A stretch of DNA of 63,108 bases, counting the filler, from Basidiobolus ranarum (taxonomy: Eukaryota): assembly GCA_040143965.1 (NCBI GenBank). It is 8 parts of 8 records of this genome, joined end to end, with 100 filler letters (N's around TTAATTAATTAA, not from the genome) between each part and the next. Parts side by side here need not be neighbours in the genome. Positions count along the whole stretch, not along the records: positions 47,437 to 55,223 come from JASJQH010007939.1; positions 55,324 to 63,108 come from JASJQH010007940.1; 6 more parts are not named here. One strand, 5' to 3'. The notes under the pieces are model-generated. The model saw only the letters and a list, made by a program, of their open reading frames with translations. It was not told the origin of the DNA and ran no database searches. Shown here piece after piece: positions 50,401-63,108 of this stretch. Position 1 is the stretch's first letter. Each line of letters starts with the position of its first letter. The position numbers were made by a program, and so were the translations under genes.

Positions 50401-53400
50401 ATCAAATGTCAAACTTCTTAGGATTTGTAGTTGCACCATTTGTTATTTCATTTCAGCCTTAAAGGCTTGGTAGTATGATCTTGAAAGGTGGTAAAGGTTA
50501 ACTTAGCAGCTGCTATGCAAGATCTACAGCTAAGAAGGTTTCTAATGTAAGGAATTAGATGTCATAAATGTTGCAGATGTACATTTAAAAAAAAGACTGT
50601 TTTCACTTTCTGTATTAGTTTAATATGCAGTTAACCCAGTCCACACAGTCTGAACCAATATACCAAAGTCATGCTTGGTCTTAATCTAATATAATTACAA
50701 GTCTTGTGTAACTTATCTTGTAAGATATTTCTGGATGAGAAAGTTCACTTGAAAGGAGAAGTTGACCTAGAAAGTAGCTATAATGTTTGCATGGTGATTA
50801 GTTTTTTAGAAGCTATTCATTAACATACCCACAACTCTAGATCAAGCCCCATAGTATCTAGAATTTGAGTTCTAAATACAGGCTGAATAACTTCCTGCAT
50901 TGCAACAGAATAAATGACAATCTGCCTGTTTCAGCAATAGTTAAACCAAACATTCAATCTGGTATAATATCACTAACTCATGATTTACTCATAAATAATC
51001 CACACAACCAATATTGCAGTATCCTGGCACAGTTGTACATGTAGTACCTCAATATATGAGGATTCTTACTTCACAGAACTTGCAGGGTTATAGCAAAGCT
51101 TACTTAGCAAATGAACTGATACCAAAAAAGCAAAACTTCAGGATACTTTATCTAGATAGTGGAGCTGGAAAATAGAATTGCAAGAAGCCACTAAAAGTGG
51201 GGTTTGGGACAGTCTATGCTGAGGCATATAAAGTTGCATAGCTAAGGAAGCTACTTACAGACTAAGGATACATGAAATAAGGTGTTATCATTTTGTTTAA
51301 GACAATTGAAGTTTTATTTTGTTGGCTAAGCGGAATATGCTTCATATTGGTTACTCACATCCTGGCCAAACCTTTAACTAAAGCATTATTGGAATTATAA
51401 ACAAAGAGCTTGTCTAAAGAAAATATAAAGTTGTTATTTGAGTGCAACTGCTGAAATGGAGTAAATAGCAACTCATTTTATTATAGTATGGTTATTAATA
51501 TATTATCACTTAGAACTGAATTTGGAGATATTGCACCACTGATACTTATATTGGCAGGCCAGATGACAGCTTGCTCTTATACTGTTTACTAGTCTGACTG
51601 TTGTATCAAATTCTAATTACAATGTTTTAGGGCTGGCAGAGTAAGCAATTGAAAATACAAGGCTCACAAAAACAATATGGTCTAGTAATTTTTGGATTAG
51701 GAAAGGGATATGCAAAGTGACATTGTGATGATTGGATTATGATAGCTTTTCATCTGATCCGCTGTGACTTTATATTGGCAAATGGTGTTGCTACTGACTA
51801 ATTCTATTTGCTATCTACATGGCTAATAACTGCTGTATCTGCAGATATACATCAAAGTAAAATACTTTTTACAGATAGTAATAGATCCAGCATATAAAAA
51901 TTAATACTTCCACTGCTGTATTTAGCAAGCCCCAACAGGCAACTAATATAATTCTCAGCTAACCAAAGCCTACATTCATCCTTTATAGCAATAACACTTA
52001 TTATGTCAGTGTGGCAAATACCTACTATGCTCAACATTACTTTAGTACATTCCTCATTGAGTAGCATTGCTTAAGTAGGATGCTGTGAAATAGTGTATTA
52101 AAGTAATAATCATAGAAAAGCCTTTGAATTTTTCATGTCACAATGCTTGTTGCATGGGCAGCAGTGTGTTAAAAGCAGCAATGTATTCCAAATGCTATAT
52201 ATAACTAGAGGCCTTCACAGTACTGGTGAATATTTGATAGCTAAAGCTGATTGGCATAACATATTGTCCACATGGCTAGTAAAAGGGATGTCAGACCTTC
52301 TTCTGTTTATCATTTTGCAGGGATTGTTTCTCAAAAAGCTTACAAGTTCTTCTCCAAGCTATTGTTCTATAATCAGCCCTATAGAAGAGGTTAGTACTGG
52401 CTGACTAGTGCTTGTCAATGCTGATGGAAAGTACTCAGACTATGTTTGAAGCAATAAATTGCCCAAGTCCCAAACTTCAACCAGTATTATTTTGCAAGCA
52501 ATGATGGATAGTTAGTGGCTGCATCTTGTTGGTGCCCCTTATTTATTGCCTCTATCAGAGTATGAACCATATTGCTACTGGACTTTCATATATTCATGTA
52601 TTTGCTTTTCCTGCCTGAATCAATATCTAAGCTCTTGCCAGGTTGAGCTGTAATATCATTTAAAAAACACAGGTGCTGGTAATGCACAGGTAAACTGTTG
52701 TATAGAAAGGCAAGATTGCTCAAACATTTTACCTATGCTAGTTGCAGTCTCAGTTAGCATGGTAGCCTTTCAATGGTGTTAAGGATATAAATAGACAGAT
52801 GATCTAAGGATATTTCACATTCTTCAGAACCCATAAGATCATTAATGTGGCTATAATTCACTAATAGGATTAACATGACAACATTAACTAAATACCAGAA
52901 TGTTTGCACTATTCACTGATAACTAATAGCACTTTAAATCCATACTTTTCATTATGAACCCACTTACTCTTGTACTTTAAAGCAACCAGTTAGACCTCTA
53001 ACTTTCACTTGCTTACTTCTTCAAGCTTTTACTGTGATTTGTTCAATATCACTAATTACAAACCTTTCTCCTGACATAGTGCCAGATTTTGCTATATATT
53101 TTATTAGATAAAGTATTCTATTTATGCAGCTCAATATTGAAAAGCAAAGGTCAGCTTACAATTGGTAGTGAGGGTTTGCAAGTATAAGCTAAGTTTAGTC
53201 TCACAAAGCTTAGTGATGGAGACTTACTTTAGTTCACTCTATATTACTTCAGCTGAATATTTACCTCTATTTTTGCAGAGCTACAAGGGGCTTTCTCACT
53301 ATAAAATGAATGTATAGACATACTGCTAGTAAAAAGACCACTCAGAACTCTTGCAATCAAATTTTACAAGTGTATTTTGGCAATAAAAACAAGGAGGTTC

Positions 53401-54930
53401 CAATATATGGAATACTGATGCTTACACTTTATACTTGCATAGCATTAAACATTGTATAGGCACTTTGTATTTGTACAACAGCATCTGTTGATTCATAACC
53501 AACAGTCTGGCATCACTTATAGAACTTCTATGCAAATTTGGGCTGGCTTCCTAATAAACATGCTGCAAGGAAATCCTTTCTGACTATAACACTTACAACA
53601 GGAAGTGCTTTGGTTGTCAACATTGCTCCAATCCTATGCTTCAGGAATGTTATTTTAAAATGATTGCCATAAACCATCAAGTTTAGAACTCAAAAGGAAT
53701 TTTCAATTGTATTTCATCCAAACTCTTATTTCTCTTGATTTGCTTACATAATGCATGTTGAGTGTTAAGAAATCAAACTAATAAACTTGATGAATTCTAG
53801 TTTAAGGTACATTGAGTTAAAATTAGTAAGTGACAAAGTTAACAGGTTTCCATGATAAGTAGTTTTGGAAGATGAGGCTGTTGTTAGATCAAAGCAGTAT
53901 GAAAAATTGGCTTATATAGTTTGCCAAAGTAGCTTTGTGAGTATGAAGTTACTTCATCTATACCAATTATCAAAAATAAAACTGAATTGTCTGATTTTAC
54001 TTCTTTTTTAGTGTTTTAGATTGTTTTAGGTATTATTCAATCAACTAAATATAGTTTTAATTGGTGTTAAGTTACAAAATGGTGGTTTTCTGCCTTATAC
54101 ATGCTGTAATTACTTGCATTAAGGTACTACAGTTTTGGGCATTTTTTAGTGGCTACCAATGGTGCTGCTACACACTTATTTCCCTTTTCACTGTTTACTT
54201 GATTTAAATGCTTTGTTCTCAGCCTTTTTATCACATCTTCCTTTGTAATCATTGATCAAATAGCTTAAATATCTTAACAAAACTAAATCACCTATATCAT
54301 TTGAGCAACACCACTATGCTAGGCTACAGGCCATTATATTTCCTCTTCTAGAATTAAGTTTGATAGACATTGTGAAAGAATGAATCTATCACTTTATTGC
54401 TTGAAAGCCTTTAAATATCATATTCAAGTTTTGTACCTTGGATTCTTAGTCTGATGCTATAATTATGGATGTATATTTCTACAGTGAGGCTCTGGTTGAT
54501 TCTTTGATGCGATTGGCTTAAGCTTGGTCTCATATTCTATAATTACTATTGAATTGTCCAAATTTACATACATTGAAAGCATTTTCTTTCAATGTAAACT
54601 TTGTAGCTAGACTCTGAGCCATATGGTGCCCATGAAGTTATAATAAAGTATTGTGGTTGTCTCATCTAGGCCTATGTGCCTTAATCAATATTACTAAGTG
54701 GTTTATCTGATTTTAGAGTATTGCTCACAGACACCAATCACATAGTGCCACAATGTAAATTAGCCTTAAGCCACTCTCTGATTTATTCTGCTTTAAAATG
54801 TTAGGTTTGCTCACAATGTAAATGTTGATATATAGCTCATTGCTGATTAAGTCTAAGCCAAGAAAGTTACTGTTTTTGAGTAAACCTTAGTACAATAACA
54901 ATAGTCTGGCTTGCCTACTTGTTTTATGCA
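47437..54930 (-). mobile_element. Heavily decayed Helitron-like (Rep-helicase) element, nearly CpG-free
   Basis: Minus-strand relics in the expected order: VEHSRYLPH*H (52003-52035, HUH-like), CHFAYP (~51710), WPANISI (51541-51561), then weak PIF1-like INELS (~48760). Boundaries are approximate. Confidence 0.5.
50950..51400 (+). mobile_element. Decayed Ty1/copia RT-RNase H remnant
   Basis: Relics SWK (~51165), EAYKVA*LRKLLTD*G (~51220-51270) and ILAKPLTK (51359-51383) resemble copia ISWKS / WLRxLLxDLG / DILTKPL. Confidence 0.55.
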
Positions 54931-55223
54931 CACCCTAACAAAAATAAAATCGATTTGATCCAGATCAGATCCACCCTCCAAAATAGCAAAACCGTCAGAG
55001 AACCATCACAATATTGTTGGCTTGCATTCTGCCAGGGATTTTGATGGTGTAACGGCGGTTTCTTGACGGTATCTTGGCGGTATTCATACATGTTAAAATA
55101 TTGATCCTCAAATTTGGCATGCGTTATTCAATATCCAGCAATTTTTGCAAAAATATAATTTTCGAATGGCAAATTACTGGGTTTACTGCTGTAGGAATTT
55201 GAATTAATATGCATGCCTTTATT

Positions 55224-55323
55224 NNNNNNNNNNNNNNNNNNNNNNNNNNNNNNNNNNNNNNNNNNNNTTAATTAATTAANNNNNNNNNNNNNNNNNNNNN
55301 NNNNNNNNNNNNNNNNNNNNNNN
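55224..55323. other. Artificial contig linker
   Basis: N44-TTAATTAATTAA-N44. Confidence 0.98.
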
Positions 55324-57177
55324 CCACCAAAATGTATAAATGCTTAATTTCTGGTCAATAAATAATTATCTCACAAAGCTATTCACAACTCCACTTTTCT
55401 AAAGTTCCTCCAAACAGCCCATTTTTTCCCAATAAGATCTGCAGCTGTGTTGTAATTTGGAACAAAACAACACAACTATGTGGCCAGGAACACTCAGTGG
55501 TACTTGGGCAAGAAACTGTGCAACAACTTGACCAGGTATTCACATGACCCTATTGAGAGTAAAGACATCCAAGATAAAACCTCATGATCAACAAGGAGTA
55601 ATGTCAATAGCCCTTCTTAGGTCAACATTAGTGGTGAGCTAAAACTGATCTATTGATTACAATGAGATAAGCATACTATTTGAAACCTTGAAATTTTAGC
55701 TGTTTACAACTTGAAACAACCATTGTGTTTCATTCTGTTAAACTTAAATTACAGTGTTTTACCAGCAGAATCAGGCAGGCATTCAATTGTTTGCTATAGG
55801 CATCTACTGAATTTTAGTACTCAATAACACTCTCCAATCCGCGTCTTATTTTTTTGCTGTGCCATTTGTTTCTTTTAAGCTCCAATATATTTGACTTGAA
55901 TCAAAAAACGTGGGGTTAAAAGCACTACTGGCCATTGTGAAGGGAAGCTATTACTAACCTCCTACATGAAAATAAATTTTAAAGAGCTTGCTTATTGAAG
56001 GTATGTTATGTATAGAAAATTTAAACTCAAAAAGCGAGTGAATAATGCTAAAATTGTGCTTGTTATAATCCAATTTATATCTCTAAATGAGAGTCGGTGT
56101 CATGCTCTCAGGTAGCTGAATAATGGTGATACAGTTTTCTTCATTATCGCTATAAACGAGTGAATGGCATGCCCAGTTAGTTGGGTCATCCGCACAAGAA
56201 TCACCAAGTTACATAGCCTGATGCAGCCAATAAGTAGTTTGTGTTATTACGTGAGGAAGTTCTAGAATTTTATGGTCAATATTAAACCAAATTGAACCCA
56301 AGTGGTACTGTTGGATTGTGTGACTGCAAATAAAATCATTTGAGTGATAAACAATAGGTGGAAAGTAGATAAGGTGCCCTAGATATGACACTTCCAGAGT
56401 TAGTGATGCAACTACCAACAAGCATAACCCTCTTTCCAGGGTTCTCTCAGAAGATGGTGCCATTACATGTACAAGAAAGCTACAAGTGATGAACGTTAAA
56501 TATCAAATAAAACCCAGGGAGCAGCCTTGCCAAGAGTGCGATGAATGGAAGGGTGTGCATTTCCAAAACAAAACGACAATGGTAGCATGAATACACTCTC
56601 AGAAAGGATTTCTTAAACACCCCAACGATATATACATGTGAAACTACTGTGAATCACTGGTTCTCTTATCCACTGATTTACGTTATACAGGGTCAGAGTA
56701 GCAATGCGTGAGGAAGCACATGAAGCATGCCAGTTACCATGTCTGAAGATGATTTTTGATTAATTCTTCAACTAATACAAGTATCCTATATTCAGTAGCT
56801 AGCTCATATGTATACCTTGAAGTTCAGATAAATATAGATCGAGCATACGTTCTGCGGTATTTTCCTTCGAACAGCCCTAATCTTGAACAAAGCCCTGCTC
56901 CACAACCAGCGTCCTCAAGCAGTGTAGCTACAATTGTGCACAAGATGAGGCTCTTCAACCCCAGTAGTGTTCACCACGATCTGGTTTTTGTTACTGTGAG
57001 CTTATGAGCGAGTTGGCAGGAAATTCTCAATGTAATTTGGTACTGTTACCTATATTCATTGGAAAATCTGGTTGATCAGTTGCACAACAACAGAGTCCAC
57101 TTTACCAAATGCATGTTAAAAGACAAATTTAGCTCCATCTTTTTTTGATTGCATTCCTTCTTAAGCACATAATTACC

Positions 57178-58199
57178 ATGACTACTAACGACCTCATCAA
57201 AGACTTCAATCTTCAACAGCGCCTATATCACGATACAGAGGCCCCTTACCCACTTCCAAACGATGTTGAGGAGGTAGGAAGGTAAGATATTCCGTAAAAT
57301 ATTATTTTGGAGCATTCATGCAATTTGTAACGGTATATCACTGCTTCTTTGACTCCACAGGTTAAATCTTCAACATCATTTATTTCGTTACCTTTTGCAA
57401 TCAAACTATATTGCTCCAGTAAGTCCAGACGCCAAACGTATCCTGGATGTCGGATGTGGTAGTGGAATATGGTGTCAGGTGATTACTTTCATCGTGTCTC
57501 TTGTATATTACGAACAAACTGATCTTTGTTACCATTCTTTGATAAAAGGAAGTATCGCAAACTTTTCCGGAAGCACAATTCTATGGGATAGATATCTCTG
57601 ACGTTAACAAGGCCACAGTTACAATGCCAAACTTTACTTTTGTCAATGGAGATATTCTAAAAGGGCTACCGTTTCCGGACGATTATTTCGATTTTGTTTA
57701 TCAGAGAGCGGTAGTTACCGGAATACCAGCCAACAAATGGGAATTTGTATGTAAAGAACTTGTCCGAGTCGTTAAGCCAGGTGGCTGGGTGGAGCTTCTT
57801 GAGTTACAATTAGACAACAATTATGCCGTAGATTACGACCTGAATCGTAAACCATCTTGGCTAAGATATCATGAACTTATACATGAAATTTTAACCTTGC
57901 GTGGAATTTCTCCAAAAGAGATCCTCAAAATTCCACAGCACTTAGGGTCTTCCGGCATGATCAACCTCGATAAACGCAAAGTGATTATGCCAACTGGTTT
58001 AGGGGGAGGTCAGCTAGATCAGCTTTTTCTCCTTGATGCCTTACTGGCTTTGAAGAGTTTGGAAAAATACATCATCGCTATGGGTAAATGTACTAAAGAG
58101 GAGTTTGATCATATAGTCGCTCATTTTAAACAAGAGTCTTTAGAGAATAAGGTATTCACTACTATGGATGTTGTATGTGCTCAAAAACCCTTCCTTTAA
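57178..58199 (+). CDS. SAM-dependent methyltransferase (LaeA-like class I), three exons
   Basis: YPLPNDVEEVGR-LNLQH, ILDVGCGSGIW, GIDIS, GLPFPDDYFDFVYQR, ELVRVVKPGGWVELLE. Confidence 0.9.
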
Positions 58200-58781
58200 A
58201 CCTAAGCTTATAAGTAGAAGACTAAAGCAGTCCAATCCTTTGCCCGTATCACTCAAATAAAAGCATATATTTTTCCTTTCAGCATGCTGGTTTATGCCCA
58301 AGTGATTGTATGAAGCATTTTCAGAAAAGTTGTATTTGATGATTATTGGTTCTGGTAGCATTTAGATGACGTTTGCTATTTTAAGAACCTTATGCCACTC
58401 AACCCCTGAATTTTGAATTAGCAATGACGAATGGAAGAAAAGGACTATTATTTGAAGAATAACTCGACCCCTAATATCACGAATGAAGCGCATGATGACT
58501 CAAGCCCCACAAGCACCTCAATGAAAATTTTAAATCCCCATTTGAACTATTTACAGTCACGATGGAAAATAGTATAGAATTCGCAGTTTGTTTGAGCGTA
58601 CTAGCTGAAGAGTGGCGTATTTTCAATATACTATAATATCCGAAACAATAGCGTCCTTCTGGAAAGTTCAAGTAAGCTACAAATGAACTCGACTTAACAT
58701 AAGTGACTTTATTACAAGCTGTAAACTCGTATATTCTTAGAGCCATAATGAGTTCAAAGCACTAATATTGAAGTTAGCTAT

Positions 58782-59144
58782 CTAGAAAGGAATAAACACG
58801 CCATCCTTGTCCACTGACTCGAGAAATTCTTCGAAAGACATGTTTGAAATGCTCAAATTACATAGGGGACTCCATAAATGTAGAACTGAACAACGAAATG
58901 ACTCTTTTGTACTCACATCTACGACCACGAAAGTCTCATCTTCCAAGGTTCTTTTATCAGCCACGGTAATGTATTCTTCTTCATTCTGAATATTTATCAG
59001 ATTTGTAACAGACGAATGTTCATATTGTTTATCCTCAATAAATGTGATTGGGCATGGAAACTCTCCTTCTTGAGTTTTCTGTTTTAATTGCTTCCATTTA
59101 GTGGCGTTTGAGAAGTCAGTTAAATAGCATACAATGTCACTCAT
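58782..59144 (-). CDS. DUF6924-like small protein (120 aa, intronless)
   Basis: LTDFSNATKW, FVVVD and SFR...W...NLSISNMSFEEFLESVDKDGVF resemble my recollection of the DUF6924 consensus (RTDFSxDxxW...NLxIANMDFxEF...DxDGVF). Confidence 0.65.
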   Translation of the reverse strand: MSDIVCYLTDFSNATKWKQLKQKTQEGEFPCPITFIEDKQYEHSSVTNLINIQNEEEYITVADKRTLEDETFVVVDVSTKESFRCSVLHLWSPLCNLSISNMSFEEFLESVDKDGVFIPF

Positions 59145-62100
59145 AGATGGTTATAAATATAATATCAAGTACTTTGGTAGAAAAGTTTTAGCTGGAGTTT
59201 ATTCAAGTGGTGGTATAAATACCCCGATTGAAACTGTACATTGATAATTATCTCTTAGAAATAGTGATTCGATTGCGAATTGCTGGGAAATGGGGAAATC
59301 AAATGTAGGAGTTTTTTTCATCAACTCATGACTAAATGCCGCAGTACACAAATGGATGAATCATATTGGGACAAATGGTGAAAGCTGAAGTTCATGGCTT
59401 ACAGATAGCTAGTAGGCGAAAGTACTTGGGCTATACTACTTCTCAAATCCCAGCCATTTTATGATTAGGCAATATTGGACCCGAAAATCCGAGATTGTAA
59501 CTTAGTCTTCATCTTTTTACAGGAATTGACACAAGACACAATCATTGGCCTTAGGGTGATATGTCCTGTTTGGTATCTAACTTTGAGAGTACATTCCCTA
59601 CCACTATAATTGAGTCTGGATATCGTCAAATCACTCAGATTTGAAGAGATGTGGGAATCATTGGTATGACGACTTGTGTGTGGCTTTTGACGCAACCCGA
59701 GGCTCTATGAGCACAGAGAGTGCTATACCAAATGGTACATGAAAATTATCCTTAGGTACATTCAAAGGTTCTGCAAAACTAGAAAAGAGATGAAGTTCTT
59801 ATGTCAAAACTTGCAATAAGTACTGGAATGATTGGCCTCATGTACATATAATGTCAACTATATCCTGGACTAAACTCACTATTTGAACATCATTGTGCTT
59901 TGTTATTTTAATATGGCACACTCCATAGTGTCTCCTGCCCATGACTAACTGTAAGTTATTGGGAAAGCTATTTGAATTCCAAGATAGATATACAATTTGA
60001 AACCACTTCTACATGCACCAGCACTGTCACTATCCTAGTTATGTGATCATCTAATAACTTCTTAACTACAACTTTCCCATGAGCAATATGTCAAGTGAAG
60101 TAGCTGTAAGTACTTTGTTAAAAAATTAAGAAGCCCATTCTGCCTTTTCTGGTCAATTTTATATAATACGGGTAATAGGGAGAGGCAATGCAAGTAGATA
60201 CATGTTTACAGCAAATTCCTGAAGGTTGGGCTACAGTTTGACGAATGTGGAGTATGTATGTCAAGAGTTATGCCAGATTTACGCAAAAGAATGCCTCAAT
60301 AACTCGCAGATCCTCAACTCCACTTATAACTGAGATGCTTTCAGTTAGTGCGCGAAGATCCGGACAGAGATTTTCAAGCACAGAAAACATACGATGGGAT
60401 ATACTTGAAAGACACTTATGGCCCTCAGAATAAGTTAGCAACTGGAATTAACTCGATACGATGTGCACATAAAGCGATGGCATCTACGATATCCAGAGCG
60501 TACCGAACATATGTGATAATCTTGAATGGCCGTAGTTCGAACGCTTAGTTGCCACACCTCTCAACTAGCTCGTACTATTCAATACACATGTGAACCCGCC
60601 AGCTCCAACCACAACAATATCTCTCTAGGATTAGTAATATGATAGTTGCACCTTATCAAGATTTATACTTCGAATGGTTCACATCGATAAATCTCCGAAT
60701 CAGCAAATGTGTGTGGTACTCGTAAAATCATTGCTATTAATTTCCGCCCAATCGCACAATAATTCATATGGACAAAGATCATCATTCTAGTGCAAGTTAC
60801 TACAGCGCACTGGTGCGTATTACCTGCTGCCAATATCATACTATATTTGGTAATCTTCCTGGACACTTTCTTCAGCAATATGAGTAGCATGTGGAACATC
60901 ATCTGGAGCTAGTGAAGACGCATTGTAGCGATACACCATAGTAACTGCTTCAATGCGATCACATCGTTCAATTCTAAACACTTTTGCTTCTTGCAGAGGC
61001 CAATAGGAGCGCTGTGAGGTCGATTGCGGATTCATTCAAGCTGGACGAACGGAACGGCTAAATGACTTAGTAGGTGAAGAGATCATAATGGCCGGTCTCG
61101 GAGATGCTCTTGAGTGGATTGAATAGAAGTAATGGCAGCAAAAGAGACACTGATCACCGGTACTTTCTTATCCATCAGCATCATCAAATGTCTCTGGAGC
61201 TCTCTCTTGGAACAAGTATTAATGGTCATTTCGAGTTTTCACTGATTTGATTCATAACTGATTATCAGCAGATCCTTAAATCTTTTCATGCCAAATGCGA
61301 GGATGTTTCACGCGTACTTGTACGTCGTCCGGTGTAGAGCAAGCTGCTTTCTAATGAAATCAAAGTACCACGAGTAATTCTGTACTCTTACCTAGTGTTA
61401 TCGCTCTTCTCAGAACTAGTTTACAAGCGAGATCCTAGCTTTAAGAAGGTATGAACTAGACCTCTAGCTCAATGGAAAGGGATTTGAAGATCCTCATGCT
61501 GAATAAACATTATTCCGGGATGAGACATTTAAGATTCTCCCATGCGCCAATCAACGTCTCCAAATTATTTCTAGATAATCTCAATCAGGATTTAGGATAT
61601 GATCCAGATAGAAGTGACCTGATCGCGAGGTGCAAAAAGGTGGCAGAGATCCTCATTGGCCCTTGGCTCAAACAACCTGGCATGGTAAGATGAATTATAT
61701 GCTGACTGTTCTGTGGAGTTTGATGATCAACACTCGTCATATGCGAGAATAAGCTTACTCGTTTACAGCCTCCTGTTGCTGAAGGCTACTCGAAAGATGT
61801 TTGTCGTGCAGCTTCGGGCCTTTACTCTCATTATCAGTCGGAGATTAGTAAACATTGCCCCCAAACATGACTCTGCCTTAACAAGACTTGGTGTAATTCC
61901 AACATTCCCTTTCTTATACAAAGTGATGACCCGCCTCAATATATGCATCCCAAATCCCAAATTGGACATTTCAAAGGATGTCCCCAGATATCATGTATCG
62001 TGAAATCTAATTTGGAGCAAACAGTCTCTACCAGCATAGAAGTTGAGTAGTTTAAGTATAGTATCAAAATGGGTTTCCTTTTCCTCCAATCAAACGAGGT

Positions 62101-62210
62101 TGTAGTAATTTCTTAATATGGACCTCATACCGAAGGATCCCTATATATATAGCATGATACACTCTGGCAGAGTCGCCAATTACTCACATATTAATTTCCA
62201 ACGCTTGGAG

Positions 62211-63108
62211 ATGCCAACAAATAGCGAGGTGCTTGATGGTTTAATTACTGCTGGAAATGTGATGTCGTTAGCAGGATGCGCCTTCGTTATACTTAACTAC
62301 CACTTGATTTATCGTCGTTTTTTGGTGAATGCCTCCAATAATATCATCGCCCACCACAGGTCTTTATTATTCCTTTCTATCATAAATGTCTTTCTTAATG
62401 CTGGTGCCTTAGTGTACCAATCCTTGGACTGGAAGGGAACAAGAACTATCTGCATATTGCAGGCTCTCCACATTACCTACTTCAATACATCTAACTGGCT
62501 GTGGGGAATATGTATATGTATCAACATGTAAGTTGTCGCCGTTTCTTGCTCTCTCTGAATTGTACTAAGATTAAAGCTAGCTATACTATTCTTCTACCTC
62601 CGGAGAAGCTTCTATTCTTTCGGAAGAATATTTTGATAAAATTCAGCATTTTTTCCCTTGGACTCCCTGCGGTTTTGATGATCCCAATACTGGCTAATTT
62701 GGACGATATCGGTTCGGTTGGACCATGGTATTTTTTTCAGAACTTCTTTTACTGGTATTCATTTCTCTAATTCGATTGTTCTGTAGGTGCTGGATCAAAC
62801 CAACATCAGGAGGTTTACGTATTGGGACGTTTTACGGCTGGCTTTTATTCTCATTTTTGATGTATATTATACTTTTAACTGCAACACTCTACCAGGTATC
62901 AATCCTTCGAAAGAACCCTTGGGAACATCAGCGTAAAAGTAGACATCCTTATGAGAAGCTTCTGAACAGATATGTTCTTTACGTGCTCATCTTTTTTATA
63001 TGCTGGACCCCAGGTGCTGTCAACCGCATCATACAACTTACAAACCCAAACTTCCACAATTTTACCATTGATGCGATGCAGACCTGCTTGAGTATTAGTG
63101 AGTCCTTC
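62211..63108 (+). CDS. cAMP-receptor-like GPCR (Dictyostelium CAR/GCR1-like), 3'-partial, multi-exon
   Basis: SLAGCAFVILNY, CILQA...YF...NWLW, GSVGPW|CWI and YVLIFFICWTPGAVNRI. Confidence 0.82.

Noticed and set aside
61472-62003. Short ORFs upstream of the GPCR
   Set aside because: No recognisable domain or consistent splice model.

Overview
Eukaryotic DNA, very likely an early-diverging fungus (short GT-AG introns with CTAAC/CTAAT-type branch points, fungal chitin synthase, ~35-45% GC by eye). A Zoopagomycota/Basidiobolus-like lineage is plausible but cannot be proven from this sequence. The window is not one locus. It is eight unrelated contigs of 7820, 7817, 7813, 7801, 7795, 7790, 7787 and 7785 bp, joined by artificial 100-bp N44-TTAATTAATTAA-N44 linkers, so neighbourhoods are only meaningful within a contig. 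Recognisable genes: chitin synthase (3' part), Caprin-like RGG protein, F-BAR/DEP/RhoGAP, an EB1 fragment, MHR1/mL67, SDA1, a DUF262 (GmrSD_N/ParB-like) protein, a 7TM-RGS receptor, the PI-PLC 3' end, PDB1, a PAQR receptor, mitochondrial uL3m, an F-box protein, a SAM methyltransferase, a DUF6924-like protein and a cAMP-receptor-like GPCR. The most interesting region is contig 4 (23751-31551). It holds five intronless secreted-type genes in two families I do not recognise: (i) a 57-aa peptide and a 481-aa repeat protein sharing only a C-terminal C-x17-C-LL module, and (ii) three Gly/RGG-rich precursors. Also notable: two genes whose frames are broken only by stops explicable as C-to-T changes, a ~7.5-kb CpG desert of decayed Helitron plus copia sequence, and bacterial-type domains that are horizontal-transfer candidates. 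All family assignments are from motif recognition by eye; no database searches were run.
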